Source: Pasteurella multocida
GTDB taxonomy: Bacteria; Pseudomonadota; Gammaproteobacteria; Enterobacterales; Pasteurellaceae
Direction: 5' to 3'
Assembly (NCBI RefSeq): GCF_900187275.1
Contig: NZ_LT906458.1
Location: 90,001-122,000, forward strand
DNA length: 32,000 nt
Below are positions 10,267 through 20,617 of this stretch, piece by piece. The first letter of the stretch is position 1. Every line of letters starts with the position of its first letter. Under the pieces are notes generated by a model. The model was not told where the DNA came from, made no database searches, and saw nothing but the letters and a program-made list of their open reading frames with translations. The translations under genes and the position numbers were made by a program.

Positions 10267-12282
10267 ATGAAATTAAATAAACAGCAACAACAAGCCGTGG
10301 AATATGTCACTGGACCTTGCTTAGTGCTCGCTGGGGCGGGCTCGGGTAAAACACGGGTTATCATTAATAAAATTGCTTATCTCGTTGCCAAATGTGGCTA
10401 TGTTCCGCGCCAGATTGCGGCGGTGACTTTTACGAACAAAGCTGCACGGGAAATGAAAGAGCGTGTTGCCCACTCAATTGGTAAAGAAGCCAGTCGTGGT
10501 CTAATTGTATCCACGTTTCACACTTTAGGCTTTGATATGATTAAACGTGAATATAAGCAATTAGGCTTTAAAGCGAATATGACGTTGTTTGATGAACATG
10601 ATCAATATGCGCTATTAAAAGAGTTAACAGCGGACTTATTGTGTGAGGACAAGGATTTATTACGTGAATTAATTTCGGTCATTTCTCGTTGGAAAAATGA
10701 TTTAGTTTTGCCACCACAGGCAAAACAGCTTGCACGTGATCACAAACAACAAATGTTTGCAGAGTGTTATGATCGTTATAACCAGCAAATTCGTGCGTAC
10801 AATGCATTGGATTTTGATGATTTAATTATGTTACCGACCTTATTATTACAACAAAATGATGCGGTTCGCACGAAGTGGCAACAGAAAATCCGCTATTTAT
10901 TAGTCGATGAATATCAGGATACCAATACCAGTCAGTATGAATTGATCAAATTATTAGTCGGGGAGCGCGCTTGCTTTACGGTAGTCGGAGATGATGATCA
11001 ATCAATTTATTCTTGGCGTGGCGCGCAGCCACAAAATATGATGCGGTTGAAAACCGATTTTCCTCACTTAAACGTCGTGAAATTAGAACAAAATTATCGT
11101 TCAACACAACGCATTTTACATTGTGCCAATATTTTGATCGATAATAATGATCATGTGTTTGCTAAAAAACTGTTTTCAACGCTAGATCAAGGGGAAAAGC
11201 TACAAGTTATCGAAGCCAAAAATGAAGAAGAAGAAGCGGAACGTGTGGTAGGAGAATTAATCGCACACCGATTTATGCGCAAAACCAAGTATAAAGATTA
11301 TGCGATTTTATATCGCGGTAATCATCAATCGCGTTTGTTGGAAAAGGTGTTAATGCAAAACCGTATTCCCTACAAAATTTCAGGGGGTACCTCCTTTTTC
11401 TCGCGTGCAGAAATTAAAGACATGATGGCGTATTTACGTTTAGTGGTAAATCAAGATGATGACGCCGCGTTTTTACGTATTGTGAATACGCCTAAGCGCG
11501 AAATTGGGACGGTGACGTTACAAAAATTAGGTGAGTTAGCCCATGAAAAACATTGTAGTTTATTTGAAGCAATTTTTGATTTTGAGTTAATTCAACAAAT
11601 TACACCTAAAGCCTATAATGCGTTGCAACATTTCGGACAGTGGATCGTGCAATTAAGTGATGAGGTAATTTGCTCAGAACCTGAACGCGCGATTCGTAGC
11701 ATGCTCGCACAACTTCATTACGAAGAATACTTATACGAATATGCGACCAGTCCTAAAGCAGCGGAAATGCAAAGTAAAAATGTGGCGACACTGTTTGATT
11801 GGGTCGCGGAGATGTTAAAGGGAAATGACATTGACGAACCAATGACGCTTAATCAAGTAGTGACACGTTTGACATTACGTGACATGTTGGAGCGAGGAGA
11901 AGAGGATGATGAAAGTGATCAAGTGCAATTAATGACGCTACATGCTTCCAAAGGCTTAGAATTTCCGCATGTTTTTTTAATTGGGATGGAAGAAGGGATT
12001 TTACCGCATCAGACCAGTATTGATGAGGATAATGTAGAAGAAGAACGCCGTTTAGCCTATGTAGGCATTACGCGTGCGCAACAAACATTAACCTTCTCGT
12101 TATGCAAAGAAAGACGCCAGTTTGGTGAGTTACTAAAGCCTGAGCCAAGTCGCTTTTTGGCTGAACTGCCCACTGATGATGTGCAGTGGGAGCGCGATAA
12201 ACCACCTTTAACACAGGAACAAGTTCGCGAGAATACCGCCACACAATTGGCGAACTTACGTGCGATTTTGCGGGGTAAATAG
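10267..12282 (+). CDS. rep: ATP-dependent DNA helicase Rep
   Basis: 671 aa; [32 protein letters not shown] Walker [45 protein letters not shown]; closely resembles E. coli Rep along its length. Confidence 0.96.
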   Translation: MKLNKQQQQAVEYVTGPCLVLAGAGSGKTRVIINKIAYLVAKCGYVPRQIAAVTFTNKAAREMKERVAHSIGKEASRGLIVSTFHTLGFDMIKREYKQLGFKANMTLFDEHDQYALLKELTADLLCEDKDLLRELISVISRWKNDLVLPPQAKQLARDHKQQMFAECYDRYNQQIRAYNALDFDDLIMLPTLLLQQNDAVRTKWQQKIRYLLVDEYQDTNTSQYELIKLLVGERACFTVVGDDDQSIYSWRGAQPQNMMRLKTDFPHLNVVKLEQNYRSTQRILHCANILIDNNDHVFAKKLFSTLDQGEKLQVIEAKNEEEEAERVVGELIAHRFMRKTKYKDYAILYRGNHQSRLLEKVLMQNRIPYKISGGTSFFSRAEIKDMMAYLRLVVNQDDDAAFLRIVNTPKREIGTVTLQKLGELAHEKHCSLFEAIFDFELIQQITPKAYNALQHFGQWIVQLSDEVICSEPERAIRSMLAQLHYEEYLYEYATSPKAAEMQSKNVATLFDWVAEMLKGNDIDEPMTLNQVVTRLTLRDMLERGEEDDESDQVQLMTLHASKGLEFPHVFLIGMEEGILPHQTSIDEDNVEEERRLAYVGITRAQQTLTFSLCKERRQFGELLKPEPSRFLAELPTDDVQWERDKPPLTQEQVRENTATQLANLRAILRGK

Positions 12283-12400
12283 TTTTTAAGTGGGTATTTT
12301 ATTGAATTTGTAGAGAAATCAGTCAACTGAATAATTTTTTTGTAAAAATGATTTGACTTATTTTTAGAAAAACGTATTATACCGCCCACAAACCGATTGC

Positions 12401-12493
12401 GGTGAGATGGCCGAGAGGCTGAAGGCGCTCCCCTGCTAAGGGAGTATGGGGTCAAAAACTCCATCGAGGGTTCGAATCCCTCTCTCACCGCCA
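12401..12493 (+). tRNA. tRNA-Ser(GCT)
   Basis: GGTGAGA...TCTCACC-G-CCA, anticodon loop ctGCTaa, long variable arm, T loop ggTTCGAATcc. Confidence 0.96.
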
Positions 12494-12543
12494 TTTACTC
12501 AAGTATTTTACAAAGCCTACTTTGGCGGAAGTAAAATCGTGCT

Positions 12544-12620
12544 GCACCCGTAGCTCAGCTGGATAGAGTACTCGGCTACGAACCGAGCGGTCAGAGGTTC
12601 GAATCCTCTCGGGTGCGCCA
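12544..12620 (+). tRNA. tRNA-Arg(ACG), copy 1
   Basis: gcacccg...cgggtgc-g-cca; anticodon stem-loop ctcgg-ctACGaa-ccgag. Confidence 0.97.
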
Positions 12621-12685
12621 TTTTAATTAGACTCTACTGATTAAACTGGTTTAAGCAAGTAAATAAAATCAACGCATATCAATAC

Positions 12686-12762
12686 GCACCCGTAGCTCAG
12701 CTGGATAGAGTACTCGGCTACGAACCGAGCGGTCAGAGGTTCGAATCCTCTCGGGTGCGCCA
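12686..12762 (+). tRNA. tRNA-Arg(ACG), copy 2
   Basis: Identical 77-nt sequence to copy 1. Confidence 0.97.
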
Positions 12763-12897
12763 TTTCATTCTCTTATCAATCTCTTCACTTTATCAAATAC
12801 AAATAACTTTCCGTTCTCTTTTGAGTTTTAGGCAAAAGCGTTGAAAATCTCAAACGAATAACATCCTATTCTGTTTGTGTGCCTAAAACGACAACAG

Positions 12898-13278
12898 CTA
12901 ATTGCATTTTTTTAGAATATCGGGTTGATCTAACAATAACGAATAATAATTTGCTAGAAAATAAGTTTGTTCGTTATCGGGAATAGGGAAAGGAATCAGA
13001 TCCAAAATATCTTGGTGCATAGCAGAAACAATGGGAAAACAGACCGCACTTTGAATCTTTATCTGAAAATCTTTATGCAAGGGAGAGGCACAGTGTTGTC
13101 GTTTAATCCGACCTAACGCATTGGCTAAGTGAACCAGCAGGGTTTGTACTTGCATCGTGTTGACATCAACATGCCAGTGTTGAGCCAAATGATCTTGCGC
13201 ATTAAATACAATCTCGACAATTTGCTCATCAATTAACTTTCGCACTTGTAACATTTTTAAGTGAGATTGGATATCCAT
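12898..13278 (-). CDS. Small stand-alone protein resembling a PRD (PTS regulation domain)
   Basis: 126 aa; helical protein with LLVHLANALGRIKR resembling the conserved His region of PRDs and FPIPDNEQTYFLANYYSLL resembling the C-terminal PRD helix. Confidence 0.55.
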   Translation of the reverse strand: MDIQSHLKMLQVRKLIDEQIVEIVFNAQDHLAQHWHVDVNTMQVQTLLVHLANALGRIKRQHCASPLHKDFQIKIQSAVCFPIVSAMHQDILDLIPFPIPDNEQTYFLANYYSLLLDQPDILKKCN

Positions 13279-13401
13279 GTTTCCCCCTGCGACACGTTGC
13301 TTTGCAGTCTAGCTTACTTTCTTAAAATTAAATAGTGCAGAGATCACAATTTTGTCGCAAAATAATGCCTAGCTTTGAGTTGATAATAGAAAGAGTGACG
13401 T

Positions 13402-14001
13402 ATGTTAGATGTGAAGATTTTAGCGCAATATGCTGGGTTGATTTTTGATATGGATGGGACGGTAGTAGACACGATGCCTTGTCATGAGCGTGCATGGCTC
13501 AAAGTGGCTGACAAGGTGGGATATCCGTTATCGCCGTCTGTCATGTATGAACTCGCAGGTGCGCCTCTTCGCACTATTGCCCAGGAAATGATGCTGCGTG
13601 CGAATATGCCATTAACACAATTACAGGAAGTCATGAAATTAAAACGTCAATTTGGTCATGCTTTAATCATGGCGGAAGCTACATTGTTACCTGCTGCGCA
13701 AATTGTGAAAAGCTATCATAATCAAAAACCCATGGCGTTAGGCACTGGGTCGCATCGTGAAATCACACATAAGTTATTAAATAAATTGGAGATCGCACAT
13801 TGCTTTGATGCAGTGGTTACTTCAGAGGATGTGGCGAAACATAAACCCGAACCCGATACTTTTTTGCGTTGTGCCGAATTAATTGGAGTAAATCCTCAAA
13901 CTTGTCTGGTATTTGAAGATGCTGATTTAGGTGTGCAAGCAGGACTTGCAGCAGGTATGCATGTTTTTGATGTCAGAACCCATACATTAATCACAGAGTA
14001 A
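13402..14001 (+). CDS. yqaB: YqaB-like HAD beta-phosphoglucomutase-type phosphatase (fructose-1-phosphate phosphatase-like)
   Basis: 199 aa; AGLIFDMDGTVVDTMP, GTGSHREITHKLL, HKPEPDTFLRCAELIGVNPQTCLVFEDADLGVQAGLAAGM. Confidence 0.85.
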   Translation: MLDVKILAQYAGLIFDMDGTVVDTMPCHERAWLKVADKVGYPLSPSVMYELAGAPLRTIAQEMMLRANMPLTQLQEVMKLKRQFGHALIMAEATLLPAAQIVKSYHNQKPMALGTGSHREITHKLLNKLEIAHCFDAVVTSEDVAKHKPEPDTFLRCAELIGVNPQTCLVFEDADLGVQAGLAAGMHVFDVRTHTLITE

Positions 14002-14006
14002 CAACG

Positions 14007-14618
14007 ATGTTGACAGACAAAGAAAAACGACATTTAGGTTTAGCGCACCAGCCTTATGATCCGGAATTGGCAGAGATGCGCTTACGTAATAAAGAATTAT
14101 TGCATGAATATAATGTGTTAACTCGCCCTTCAGATAAACAAACAAAAGCCCGTTTGATCTTATCTATTCTTGGTAAAGCTGCGAATACACCTCACATTAA
14201 TGCGCCTTTTTACTGTGATTACGGGCAATTTATTGAAGTCGGAAAAAACTTTTTTGCGAATTATCACTGTACTATCCTAGATACAGGAGGCGTGAAGATT
14301 GGCGATGATGTGTTATTTGCTCCGAATGTGAGTTTATACACCGTAGGGCATCCAATTGATCCTGAATTGCGTAAGGCAGAATGGGAACAAGCACTACCCA
14401 TTGTGATTGGGAATAATGTGTGGATTGGGGGCAATGTGGTGATTTTAGGTGGCGTTACTATCGGTGACAATACTGTAATTGGGGCGGGTTCTGTGGTTAC
14501 AAAAGATATTCCGGCAAATTGTGTAGCCGTGGGCAATCCATGTAAAGTACAACGAATGATTAGCCCGCAGGACCGAGAGGATTATTTACAACGTTTTAAA
14601 CCAGACTGGAATGATTGA
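14007..14618 (+). CDS. maa: Maltose/galactoside O-acetyltransferase family protein (hexapeptide repeat)
   Basis: 203 aa; FYCDYGQFIEVGKNFFANYHCTILD, IGDDVLFAPNVSLYTVGHPID, IVIGNNVWIGGNVVILGGVTIGDNTVIGAGSVVTKDIP. Confidence 0.87.
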   Translation: MLTDKEKRHLGLAHQPYDPELAEMRLRNKELLHEYNVLTRPSDKQTKARLILSILGKAANTPHINAPFYCDYGQFIEVGKNFFANYHCTILDTGGVKIGDDVLFAPNVSLYTVGHPIDPELRKAEWEQALPIVIGNNVWIGGNVVILGGVTIGDNTVIGAGSVVTKDIPANCVAVGNPCKVQRMISPQDREDYLQRFKPDWND

Positions 14619-15090
14619 TTTTTGGACATGGGATTTTTGGCAACAACATAGCTTATGGTTTATGTTTGCTAGTGCCTTTTTGAGTGCCACGCTTTTACCC
14701 GGTAATTCAGAAATCGTGTTTGTTACATTACTCGCCCCTTTGCAACTTAATCAGCAAGGGCTTTTCTCTGATGATGTACTGTGGTTATTCCATATGGCAG
14801 TATTGGGAAACAGTTTAGGTAGCATGACAACTTATTACTTAGGTTACGGTTTACCTCGTTTATCCGAAAAACAGCAACAGCATCCTCGTTTTAAGTGGGT
14901 CATGCAAAAAGTGCAACGCTACGGTGTTTGGAGTCTGCTGTTTAGTTGGCTACCGATAGTTGGTGATTTATTTTGCGCGGTTGCAGGATGGTTAAGATTG
15001 AATATACTCGGGGCATGTGTGCTTATTTTTGTTGGAAAATGGGTACGTTATCTTTTTTTACTGTTGCTGACGATGAAAGTGATGTCCTAG
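14611..15090 (+). CDS. YqaA-like inner membrane protein (DedA/SNARE-associated superfamily)
   Basis: 159 aa; FLSATLLPGNSEIVFVTLLA, AVLGNSLGSMTTYYLGYGL; overlaps the upstream gene by 8 nt. Confidence 0.78.
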   Translation: MIDFWTWDFWQQHSLWFMFASAFLSATLLPGNSEIVFVTLLAPLQLNQQGLFSDDVLWLFHMAVLGNSLGSMTTYYLGYGLPRLSEKQQQHPRFKWVMQKVQRYGVWSLLFSWLPIVGDLFCAVAGWLRLNILGACVLIFVGKWVRYLFLLLLTMKVMS

Positions 15091-15106
15091 TAATATCTCA
15101 CATGCT

Positions 15107-15135
15107 AAAAAAAACACCACCCAAGATGGGTGGTG
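15107..15135 (-). terminator. Minus-strand intrinsic terminator
   Basis: Perfect 8-bp stem caccaccc/gggtggtg (15115-15122 / 15128-15135) followed on the minus strand by 8 T (15114-15107). Confidence 0.88.
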
Positions 15136-15182
15136 AATAACCTAAGGAACCAATTTTATTAAAAACAACTGCAAGTTGCTGT
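15107..15182 (-). ncRNA. Candidate small RNA upstream of luxS (MicA-like position), about 76 nt
   Basis: Minus strand: sigma-E-like -35 GAACTT (15213-15208), 16-nt spacer, -10 TCTTA (15191-15187), 5' stem-loop CAACU-UGC-AGUUG, U/A-rich middle with UUCCUUA, then CACCACCC-AUCUU-GGGUGGUG + 8 U. No minus-strand ORF explains the terminator. TSS is inferred. Confidence 0.6.
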
Positions 15183-15186
15183 ATCC

Positions 15187-15213
15187 TAAGACTGATACGT
15201 TTAAAAAAAGTTC
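15187..15213 (-). promoter_or_regulatory. Sigma-E-like promoter of the candidate sRNA
   Basis: Minus strand TGAACTT-N16-TCTTA against the published ECF consensus of roughly GGAACTT-N16-TCaaA. Confidence 0.55.
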
Positions 15214-15263
15214 AAAAAAATTTACCTGCATTTTGCGAAAACTTGAAAATTTAAGGACATATT

Positions 15264-15770
15264 ATGCCATTACTTGATAGCTTTAAAGTTGACCATACCC
15301 GTATGAAAGCGCCAGCAGTACGCATTGCGAAAACCATGACTACCCCAAAGGGCGATAACATTACTGTATTTGATTTACGTTTTTGCATACCAAATAAAGA
15401 GATTCTTTCCCCAAAAGGGATTCATACTTTAGAACATCTTTTTGCGGGTTTTATGCGCGATCATTTAAATGGGACAGAAGTAGAAATTATTGATATTTCC
15501 CCGATGGGCTGTTGTACAGGGTTTTACATGTCATTAATTGGCACACCCAATGAGCAACAGGTGGCAGACGCTTGGTTAGCCTCAATGCGAGATGTGTTAT
15601 TGGTAAAAGATCAAGCGCAGATCCCAGAATTAAATGCTTTCCAGTGCGGGACTTACACCGAGCACTCATTAGCCGAAGCACAACAAATCGCACACAATGT
15701 ACTTGAGCGTGGTGTGAGTGTGAATAAAAATGAAGATTTATTACTCGACGAACAATTATTATCTCTTTAA
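15264..15770 (+). CDS. luxS: S-ribosylhomocysteine lyase LuxS (AI-2 synthesis)
   Basis: 168 aa; [37 protein letters not shown] metal-binding motif, [13 protein letters not shown]. Confidence 0.98.
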   Translation: MPLLDSFKVDHTRMKAPAVRIAKTMTTPKGDNITVFDLRFCIPNKEILSPKGIHTLEHLFAGFMRDHLNGTEVEIIDISPMGCCTGFYMSLIGTPNEQQVADAWLASMRDVLLVKDQAQIPELNAFQCGTYTEHSLAEAQQIAHNVLERGVSVNKNEDLLLDEQLLSL

Positions 15771-15807
15771 GAATTTATAAAACACAACCGTCCAGAAGGA
15801 AATCCAT

Positions 15808-16989
15808 ATGACAACAATTGGTACCCCACTTACGCCGAAAGCCACAAAAGTGATGATGCTAGGTTCAGGCGAACTCGGTAAAGAAGTGGTGATTGAGCTA
15901 CAACGCCTTGGTGTTGAGGTGATTGCTGTTGATCGTTATGCTAATGCGCCAGCACAACAAGTGGCACATCGTGCTTATACGATATCTATGCTTGATGGCG
16001 AGGCTTTAAAAGCCTTAGTGGAGAAAGAAAAGCCAGATTACATCGTGCCAGAAGTGGAAGCGATTGCGACGGCAACGCTCGTGGAATTAGAGCAGGCAGG
16101 GTTTACTGTGATTCCAACGGCGAAAGCAACCCAATTAACCATGAATCGTGAAGGTATTCGTCGTTTGGCAGCAGAAGAGTTAGGGTTACCAACGTCAAAC
16201 TACCAATTTGTTGATAATTTTGATGATTTCAAACGCGCAGTGGAAAAAATTGGGATCCCTTGTGTGGTTAAGCCGATTATGTCTTCTTCAGGACATGGAC
16301 AAAGTATTTTGAAATCAGTCGAACAGATACCGTCCGCGTGGGAATATGCGCAACAAGGTGGGCGTGCGGGGGCAGGACGTGTCATTGTGGAAGGTTTTGT
16401 CAAATTTGATTATGAAATTACGTTATTAACAGTACGTCATGTCCATGGCACCTCTTTTCTCGCACCAATCGGTCACATTCAAATTGATGGGGATTATCGC
16501 GAATCTTGGCAACCTCAAGCCATGTCAGTGGTGGCATTAGAAAAAGCGCAGGCGATTGCAGAAAAAATTACTGGTGCGTTAGGGGGACGTGGTATTTTTG
16601 GCGTGGAAATGTTTGTTTGTGGGGATGAGGTTATTTTCAATGAGGTTTCACCACGCCCTCATGATACTGGCATGGTGACCTTAATTTCACAAGAATTGTC
16701 TGAGTTTGCGTTACACGCACGAGCTATTTTAGGTTTGCCAATTCCGGACATTACACTTATTAGCCCGTCAGCGTCCAAAGCGATTGTGGTTGAGGGGAAA
16801 TCCACGCAAGTCGTATTTGGTCAATTGGCTGAGGTGCTTGCTGAACCGCATACGAATCTTCGTTTATTTGGTAAGGGCGAAGTAGATGGTCACCGTCGTA
16901 TGGGCGTGATTTTAGCACGTGATATTTCTGTTGAGAAAGCATTAGAAAAAGCACGCCGTGCTTATGATAAGCTTGAGATTACGCTGTAA
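15808..16989 (+). CDS. purT: Formate-dependent phosphoribosylglycinamide formyltransferase 2
   Basis: 393 aa; [64 protein letters not shown]. Confidence 0.97.
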   Translation: MTTIGTPLTPKATKVMMLGSGELGKEVVIELQRLGVEVIAVDRYANAPAQQVAHRAYTISMLDGEALKALVEKEKPDYIVPEVEAIATATLVELEQAGFTVIPTAKATQLTMNREGIRRLAAEELGLPTSNYQFVDNFDDFKRAVEKIGIPCVVKPIMSSSGHGQSILKSVEQIPSAWEYAQQGGRAGAGRVIVEGFVKFDYEITLLTVRHVHGTSFLAPIGHIQIDGDYRESWQPQAMSVVALEKAQAIAEKITGALGGRGIFGVEMFVCGDEVIFNEVSPRPHDTGMVTLISQELSEFALHARAILGLPIPDITLISPSASKAIVVEGKSTQVVFGQLAEVLAEPHTNLRLFGKGEVDGHRRMGVILARDISVEKALEKARRAYDKLEITL

Positions 16990-17007
16990 AGGTTCTGTGA
17001 TAGCAAT

Positions 17008-17034
17008 GACCGCGCTGTTAAGTGCGGTCGTTTT
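17008..17034 (+). terminator. Intrinsic terminator after purT, formed with an uptake sequence
   Basis: gaccgc ... gcggtc (17008-17013 / 17024-17029) followed by gttttt. Confidence 0.6.
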
Positions 17035-17039
17035 TGTCT

Positions 17040-17507
17040 TTATTTTTGAGTTAAATAATCTAACACCACTTGATGATGGTTTGAGGTTTTGAATTGGCGG
17101 AAAACCTGCTCAACGTTACCTTGTTCGTCAATTAAAAAACTGATGCGATGAATACCGTCATAGGTTTTGCCTAAAAATTTCTTTTCTCCCCATACACCAA
17201 ATTGTTCTGCCACCTGATGATCCTCATCTGCTAACAGATGAAAATTAAGGGCTTTTTTTTCACTAAATTTACTTAATTTTTCTGGGCTATCAGGACTAAT
17301 ACCTAAAATCACCACACCATGCTTTTCTAATTCAGTTTTGCTATCTCTTAATCCGCAAGCTTGAGTATTACAGCCCGGTGTGAGGGCTTTAGGATAAAAA
17401 TAAACAAGGACTTTTTTGCCAGCAAATTGATTTAGACTGATGTTTTCTTTGCATTGATTAAGCAAACTAAATTGTGGCGCACTTTCGCCGATGGATAAGG
17501 TTTTCAT
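17040..17507 (-). CDS. bcp: Thioredoxin-dependent thiol peroxidase (Bcp, peroxiredoxin)
   Basis: 155 aa; LVYFYPKALTPGCNTQACGLRD (PXXXTXXC-like), VILGISPDSPEKLSKF. Confidence 0.95.
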   Translation of the reverse strand: MKTLSIGESAPQFSLLNQCKENISLNQFAGKKVLVYFYPKALTPGCNTQACGLRDSKTELEKHGVVILGISPDSPEKLSKFSEKKALNFHLLADEDHQVAEQFGVWGEKKFLGKTYDGIHRISFLIDEQGNVEQVFRQFKTSNHHQVVLDYLTQK

Positions 17508-17681
17508 GAAAATCCTCTGTTGAAAAATAAGTTTATCGAAAAAATTGAAAAAATTACTTGCAAATCCAAGCTATTTTAGCGATCTTAAATCGAAATTTAC
17601 AAGCAAACTCAACATCAATATAGTGAATTCATTCTAAAAATGACAGCTATTTATAATTAATAAATATTTTCAGGAGGCTGT

Positions 17682-18578
17682 ATGTCAGCAAACAATTATC
17701 TCTTCTCGGGCAGTATCGTTGCTATCGTGACCCCAATGGACAGTTCTGGCGAAATTGATTTTGTCAGATTGAAAAGTTTAGTTGAACATCATATCGCAGC
17801 GGGTACGGATGCGATTGTCTCAGTAGGCACAACTGGTGAAGCTGCAACATTAAGCATTGATGAGAATGTTAAAACCATTTTAAAAACGGTCGAGTTTGCT
17901 GATGGACGTATTCCTGTGATTGCGGGAGCCGGTGCTAATGCCACTAGCGAAGCTATTGTAATGACTAAACTCTTAAATGACAGTGGTGTAGCAGGCTGTC
18001 TTTCTGTGGTGCCTTATTATAATAAGCCAACCCAAGAAGGTATGTATCAGCATTTTAAAGCCATTGCAGAATGTACAGATTTGCCACAAATTTTATATAA
18101 CGTGCCAAGTCGTACTGGAAGCGATTTGTTGCCAGAAACAGTAGCCCGTTTGGCGAAAATCAACAATATTGTTGCTATTAAAGAAGCAACCGGTGATCTT
18201 AGTCGTGTCGCCAAAATTAAAGAATTGGCGGGAGAGGATTTCATTTTCTTAAGTGGTGATGATGCAACAGGGTTAGAGTCCATTAAATTAGGGGGGCAAG
18301 GTGTAATTTCTGTGACCAATAACGTGGCGACCGCGGACATGGCAAAAATGTGTCATCTTGCACTAAATGGACAATTTGAGGAAGCTGAACAAATTAATCA
18401 GCGCTTGATGGCATTACATAAAAATTTATTTGTCGAATCCAATCCAATTCCTGTGAAATGGGCAGCTTACCGTTTAGGTTTGATTGATACACCGACTTTA
18501 CGCTTACCGTTGACAACGCTGAGTGAACATTTACAACCTAAAGTCGAAGACGCATTAAAAATCGCGGGTTTGTTGTAA
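17682..18578 (+). CDS. dapA: 4-hydroxy-tetrahydrodipicolinate synthase
   Basis: 298 aa; [61 protein letters not shown]. Confidence 0.98.
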   Translation: MSANNYLFSGSIVAIVTPMDSSGEIDFVRLKSLVEHHIAAGTDAIVSVGTTGEAATLSIDENVKTILKTVEFADGRIPVIAGAGANATSEAIVMTKLLNDSGVAGCLSVVPYYNKPTQEGMYQHFKAIAECTDLPQILYNVPSRTGSDLLPETVARLAKINNIVAIKEATGDLSRVAKIKELAGEDFIFLSGDDATGLESIKLGGQGVISVTNNVATADMAKMCHLALNGQFEEAEQINQRLMALHKNLFVESNPIPVKWAAYRLGLIDTPTLRLPLTTLSEHLQPKVEDALKIAGLL

Positions 18579-18684
18579 TAAGATACACTGAGGTTGTACA
18601 ACAATAAGTCGAGTAAACTTTTGTTTCGCTTTATTGTCAAAGTGCGGTAGCGTTGAAAAAAATTTATTATTAAGGAAAATAGTT

Positions 18685-19698
18685 ATGAAAAAGTGGTTAT
18701 TCCCTTTTGCTTTCGTTGCAACCTTGGCAGGTTGCTCAGTGAGCAATGAAAGTAAACAGCAAGCCAATGATACTTATCAAAAATCAGATGCGGCCTTACC
18801 GCTGTTCGCCCCTTTGAACACCGCTGGCGTGAGCTTGCCAAAGCAGGATACCACTTATCAACTTCCTCAAGTGAAAGTGAAAAAAGCGGATCAGGTGGAT
18901 ATTCGCCCCCCAGAAACGCCTTTAGCGATTATTCAAAATTCTATTGCACAGTTTGATGGTGAACGGGCATTAATTGCTTATCCGATTGATAAAAGAGAGG
19001 TTTATAACCTGCAACAAGTCGCACGTTTATTAAAAGAGCAGGGGATTGGTTATCAGTTAACGAATGAGAAAATTGTGACAGATTGGGCTCCAACGGGACG
19101 TGCGGATGAGATTGGGGATACGCAAGTACGTTATGAAATTGAGCAGGTGAGTTCTAGCAATTATAGTGCACTGTTTGTCTCCATTTTACAGATGAAACGT
19201 AATGAGGTGGTATTTAGTCCACATTTAGCGGATAAACAACGTTATAGTTCTGATCGCTTGAACCAACTTGTTGGTGAATTAGATGCGTCTTATCGTAAAC
19301 AAGTCCGTGATTTGAATAACAGCGGATTGATGCCAATTCAGTCTGTATTCGGTACGGACAGTAATGGGCGTACTGCTCTCGTGTTAGGCGCACCCTTTAA
19401 TCATGCGTGGACAAAACTAGGACAAGTTTTACCGCAGCTTGAATTTGATATTAAAGATGAAATTATTGGTCGTGGGGTAAGGGAGTTAAAATACCGTCCA
19501 GCTGGAGCAAAAAGTTGGTGGTGGCCATTTGGTCGTGCTGAAGGCAGTAGCGGACTGAAAACAGGTACCTATTTTATGCAGTTAAGCGCCTTAGGGAAGC
19601 AAAGTGCGGTGGTGATGACCGATGATGATGGCAATGCGTTATCTGGGGAGCAGGCTCAGGCGCTTTATCAAGCATTACAAAATCTCTTAGCGAAATAA
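18685..19698 (+). CDS. bamC: Outer membrane assembly lipoprotein BamC (NlpB)
   Basis: The track begins at a TTG at 18634; the ATG at 18685 ([17 protein letters not shown], lipobox LAGC) with SD aagga is the likely start. [13 protein letters not shown] motif; located after dapA as in other gammaproteobacteria. Confidence 0.92.
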   Translation: MKKWLFPFAFVATLAGCSVSNESKQQANDTYQKSDAALPLFAPLNTAGVSLPKQDTTYQLPQVKVKKADQVDIRPPETPLAIIQNSIAQFDGERALIAYPIDKREVYNLQQVARLLKEQGIGYQLTNEKIVTDWAPTGRADEIGDTQVRYEIEQVSSSNYSALFVSILQMKRNEVVFSPHLADKQRYSSDRLNQLVGELDASYRKQVRDLNNSGLMPIQSVFGTDSNGRTALVLGAPFNHAWTKLGQVLPQLEFDIKDEIIGRGVRELKYRPAGAKSWWWPFGRAEGSSGLKTGTYFMQLSALGKQSAVVMTDDDGNALSGEQAQALYQALQNLLAK

Positions 19699-19708
19699 TA
19701 CAGTCAAG

Positions 19709-20617
19709 ATGACTAAACTCAGTATCCAGCGAGATAACTTGATTTGTTTGAGTTATGTCGCATTAATGGGATTCGGCTTTCCCATTATGCGTTATATGAG
19801 TATTCATTTTGATACATTAAATAATAACGCTGTTCGCTTTCTCTCAGGGGGCAGCGTTTTTATTTTAGCCTGTTTTTTTTATTATCGCGCTGAGTTAACG
19901 CGTGTTTTTCATCAGCCGAAGTTACTTTTATCATTTTTACTTCTAGCCTGTTTTATGACCGCGAATATGTATTTTTTTATCAATGGAATGAAATATACAT
20001 CAGCTTTGTCTGGCAGTATTTTTGGGGTGCTGGCGATGCCCCTTTCGATTTTCATGGCAGCTATCATTTATCAAGATGAAAGAAAAAAAGTCATGCAGAT
20101 CCCTTTTGCCGTGGGGAGCAGTATTTTGATTTTGGGTTCGCTGTTGTTTGTGCTTTATGGTCAACACAGCGCATCAGACAGCAATTTCTTGTTAGGTTCG
20201 CTTTTTTTAACGCTGGCTATTTTCATCCAATCTATTCAAAATTTAGTGGTGAAGCAGGTCGCGAGAGGAACCAATGTGGTCGTGTTGAGTGCATTCACGG
20301 CATTTTTGTCTGGCATGATATACTTGGTTTGGGCGTTGAAAAGTGAGATCATTTTTCGTTTAGCTGAAGTGAGTATTGGCGCACTCGTTGAACTAAGTCT
20401 GGCGGGCGTATATGGCATGATGACAGGCATGTTATTGGCTTTTTTTATTGTGAAAACGCAAGGGATTGTGAGATTTAATGTGATTCAATTATTAGTGCCC
20501 ATTTCCACAGCATTAGTTGGCTATGTTACGTTAGGCGAAGTGATGAACATTTACCAAGGGATGGGCGCACTATGTGTGCTTTTAGGCTGTATTTTATGTT
20601 TAAGAATCCGTACTTGA
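19709..20617 (+). CDS. EamA/DMT-family membrane transporter
   Basis: 302 aa, about 10 predicted hydrophobic segments in two repeats; [70 protein letters not shown]. Confidence 0.82.
   Translation: MTKLSIQRDNLICLSYVALMGFGFPIMRYMSIHFDTLNNNAVRFLSGGSVFILACFFYYRAELTRVFHQPKLLLSFLLLACFMTANMYFFINGMKYTSALSGSIFGVLAMPLSIFMAAIIYQDERKKVMQIPFAVGSSILILGSLLFVLYGQHSASDSNFLLGSLFLTLAIFIQSIQNLVVKQVARGTNVVVLSAFTAFLSGMIYLVWALKSEIIFRLAEVSIGALVELSLAGVYGMMTGMLLAFFIVKTQGIVRFNVIQLLVPISTALVGYVTLGEVMNIYQGMGALCVLLGCILCLRIRT

Noticed and set aside
12057-12494. Minus-strand 145-aa ORF through the rep 3' end and tRNA-Ser
   Set aside because: Its start region is antisense to tRNA-Ser and the rest is antisense to rep; a classic tRNA-derived false ORF (MAVREGFEPS...).
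12401-12762. tRNA cluster as an integrative-element attachment site
   Set aside because: No integrase, no partial tRNA 3' duplication and no foreign cargo nearby; the second tRNA-Arg is a complete identical copy, i.e. ordinary tandem duplication.
15264-15770. SAM or SAH riboswitch in the luxS leader
   Set aside because: No recognisable riboswitch core on the + strand; the only strong terminator there has its U tract on the minus strand.
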